Positions 62,070 through 64,000 of a DNA stretch of 64,000 nt are shown one piece after another (the first letter of the stretch is position 1; every line of letters starts with the position of its first letter). The position numbers were made by a program, and so were the translations under genes. This stretch comes from Hemiscyllium ocellatum (lineage: Eukaryota): positions 10,700,978 to 10,764,977 of the forward strand of contig NC_083409.1 in NCBI RefSeq assembly GCF_020745735.1. The letters are read 5' to 3'. The notes under the pieces were generated by a model. The model was not told the DNA's origin, made no database searches, and worked only from the letters and a program-made list of their open reading frames with translations.

Positions 62070-64000
62070 TTTCAGTTCCTCCTGGACATCTCAAGGTTTG
62101 TATGAACTTTTGGTCTCCTAATTGCAGAAAGAATATAAATCCATTGGAAGTGTTTCAGAGGAGTTTTTCCGACTGATCCCTGGTATGAGGGGGCTGTGTG
62201 GTGAGGAAGGATCGGAAAGGCTGGCCTTGATCTCACTGGGAGTTTCAAGAGTGGGGGGTTTTCCTGTCCCACTGTATTCTCCAAACCCTTATCTGACCCC
62301 CTCTTGGGTCATACCCTCCTGCCCCTTACTAACATGGAATTGGACTGCCCAGTCCTGAGGCTTACACCTTCCATCTGGAACAAAGTCTCCAGGTAGCTCT
62401 GACCCTCCCTGATGTATCAGGATTCTTACAACTCAGCTTCCAATCCAAACCCCTGAGTGGGAGTTGCTGTAGATTTATACAGTCACTACAGATGTATTTA
62501 CCCTGAATCATTTCAGTTTAATGAACAAATGCTGATCCACTTACAAATGAAAGAAATCAATTCTTTCATGAAACTAGTAATTGTCCTCAGTCTCTGGATC
62601 AATGTTTCAGTACTTTTCATTTCTAGGATTTCCCTATTTGAGGTTTCCTAAGCATACTATTGATATATGGTTCCTTACACAAAGCTCTTCCCAGCTGATC
62701 TGGTCAACAGACTCCTGTCCCCTTGTTTATTATTTTGCTATTTTCAAACCAAGTGCATGTGCAGGCTCCCATCAGCTGAAGTGACAGTTCCAAACCAGTT
62801 TGGAAAAGCAAAGGTAGACCTCCTTCCCCAGTTCACCGAACTCCCACATTGACCAAACCTCCCAGCATCCCCTCTGTGCCAGCTGCACTGAGTGCCAACT
62901 GCAGGATATAGGCTGCCCTGTATTTATTACTGGTGCTAATTGATATCACTTTGTTCTGTCGTGCTATTAGAGTCATAGAGACAGCACAGAGACAGAACCT
63001 TCGGTTCAACTTGTCCACGCTGACCAGATATCCCAACGCAATCTAGTTCCACTTGCCAATGCTCAGGATCTGGGTTAAGTTAGATCATTTCTCAGTCTGA
63101 AGCTTCCTTCTTTCAGCCTGAGAAATACGTTACTTTTATAACCAACAAATGTGACTTTAATGCTGGAATCTGTTTTGAAGATTAATGGGCTCAATGGTTT
63201 GATTCAATGTGGTAAGATAAGAAATATCTGTGTCACTTGCTGTAATTCAGTCTTCTCTAACCAATCTCTTCAGGGGCCAGGATGAGTGTGAGGAGATTGG
63301 GTTTTGATGGAACTACCACAGACTCAAGTCAAAAGAAGCAAAGCAAGAAAGACAGGTGGATCGAATACAAGAGAGCACATTATGAGAAAAACCAAAGGAG
63401 AGAGTGACAACATTGAATTGCTTCTTGTGTCATCCTCTGCGCCCTTACGTTTCACAGTGTCAGCTCCACATCCTTCCATTGACTTTGTCATTGAGAGCCA
63501 ACGGTTCCTTTCCCACAGCCCTTTTTAAAATGCCTGCCCCCAGGGAATCACTCAGACAGAGAATATTTCACCTTTTCTGGGAAGGTTGGAGAAATATTGG
63601 ATGTCGATGAGCTGCTTTCTCAGACTTCAGGGTCTGACAGAAGGATGTGTGTAGGCTGTGGATTCTGGAGACAGATCACTGAGATGTTCCTCACTCCCAT
63701 CAACACCTGACTTTATCCTGAAATCAGTTTCTATTCTTCATTATAAAGTACCCCCACCAGTTTCAGACTAGACATTTCACACCCAGCCCCCATTTCCTCA
63801 CATTGGAATCAAGAACCAAACTTGCCCCATCTCAGGATTGCCCTCTGAATGTGGTGTCAGTGTGCTAATGCTGTGTTTGATGAAAGAGCCACAGTGGAAT
63901 CTGGGACTGAATCCAAGGGGTTTCTGATCCACCAGCAGCCTCCTTGCTGTGTGAGATTCTGTTTGGATAAGATTTCAGCCCCATGGTTCCCACTGATACG
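62070..64000 (+). repeat. Direct copy of 1-1934 (offset about 62,069 bp)
   Basis: About 99% identity by eye; differences are mostly 1-bp homopolymer indels. Confidence 0.97.

Overview
Eukaryotic, cartilaginous-fish (shark-type) genomic DNA, dominated by retroelements. It holds one unrearranged immunoglobulin kappa-type (type III / NS4-like) light-chain cluster on the minus strand: leader 14845-14893, V exon 14361-14658 with 12-RSS, J 13851-13885 with 23-RSS, a 10.1-kb J-C intron, and C exon 3382-3710. As assembled, V has a 1-bp frameshift in a homopolymer. The rest is CR1- and L2-group LINE fragments, HE1/V-SINEs, Penelope-like elements (one with an apparently complete minimal hammerhead ribozyme) and a Gmr1-type LTR remnant. 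The most interesting structure is non-coding. The cluster's 5' flank recurs inverted at about 43.0-44.0 kb and its 3' flank recurs inverted at 46.5-52.1 kb, on either side of a 13-N gap. Positions 1-1934 recur directly at 62070-64000. This points to alternately oriented clusters, with at least one not assembled here. Each appears to carry two short non-coding modules about 95% conserved (by eye) and rich in B-cell factor motifs, which are candidate cluster-autonomous enhancers. Identities are hand estimates, and TE boundaries are approximate (about 50 bp).
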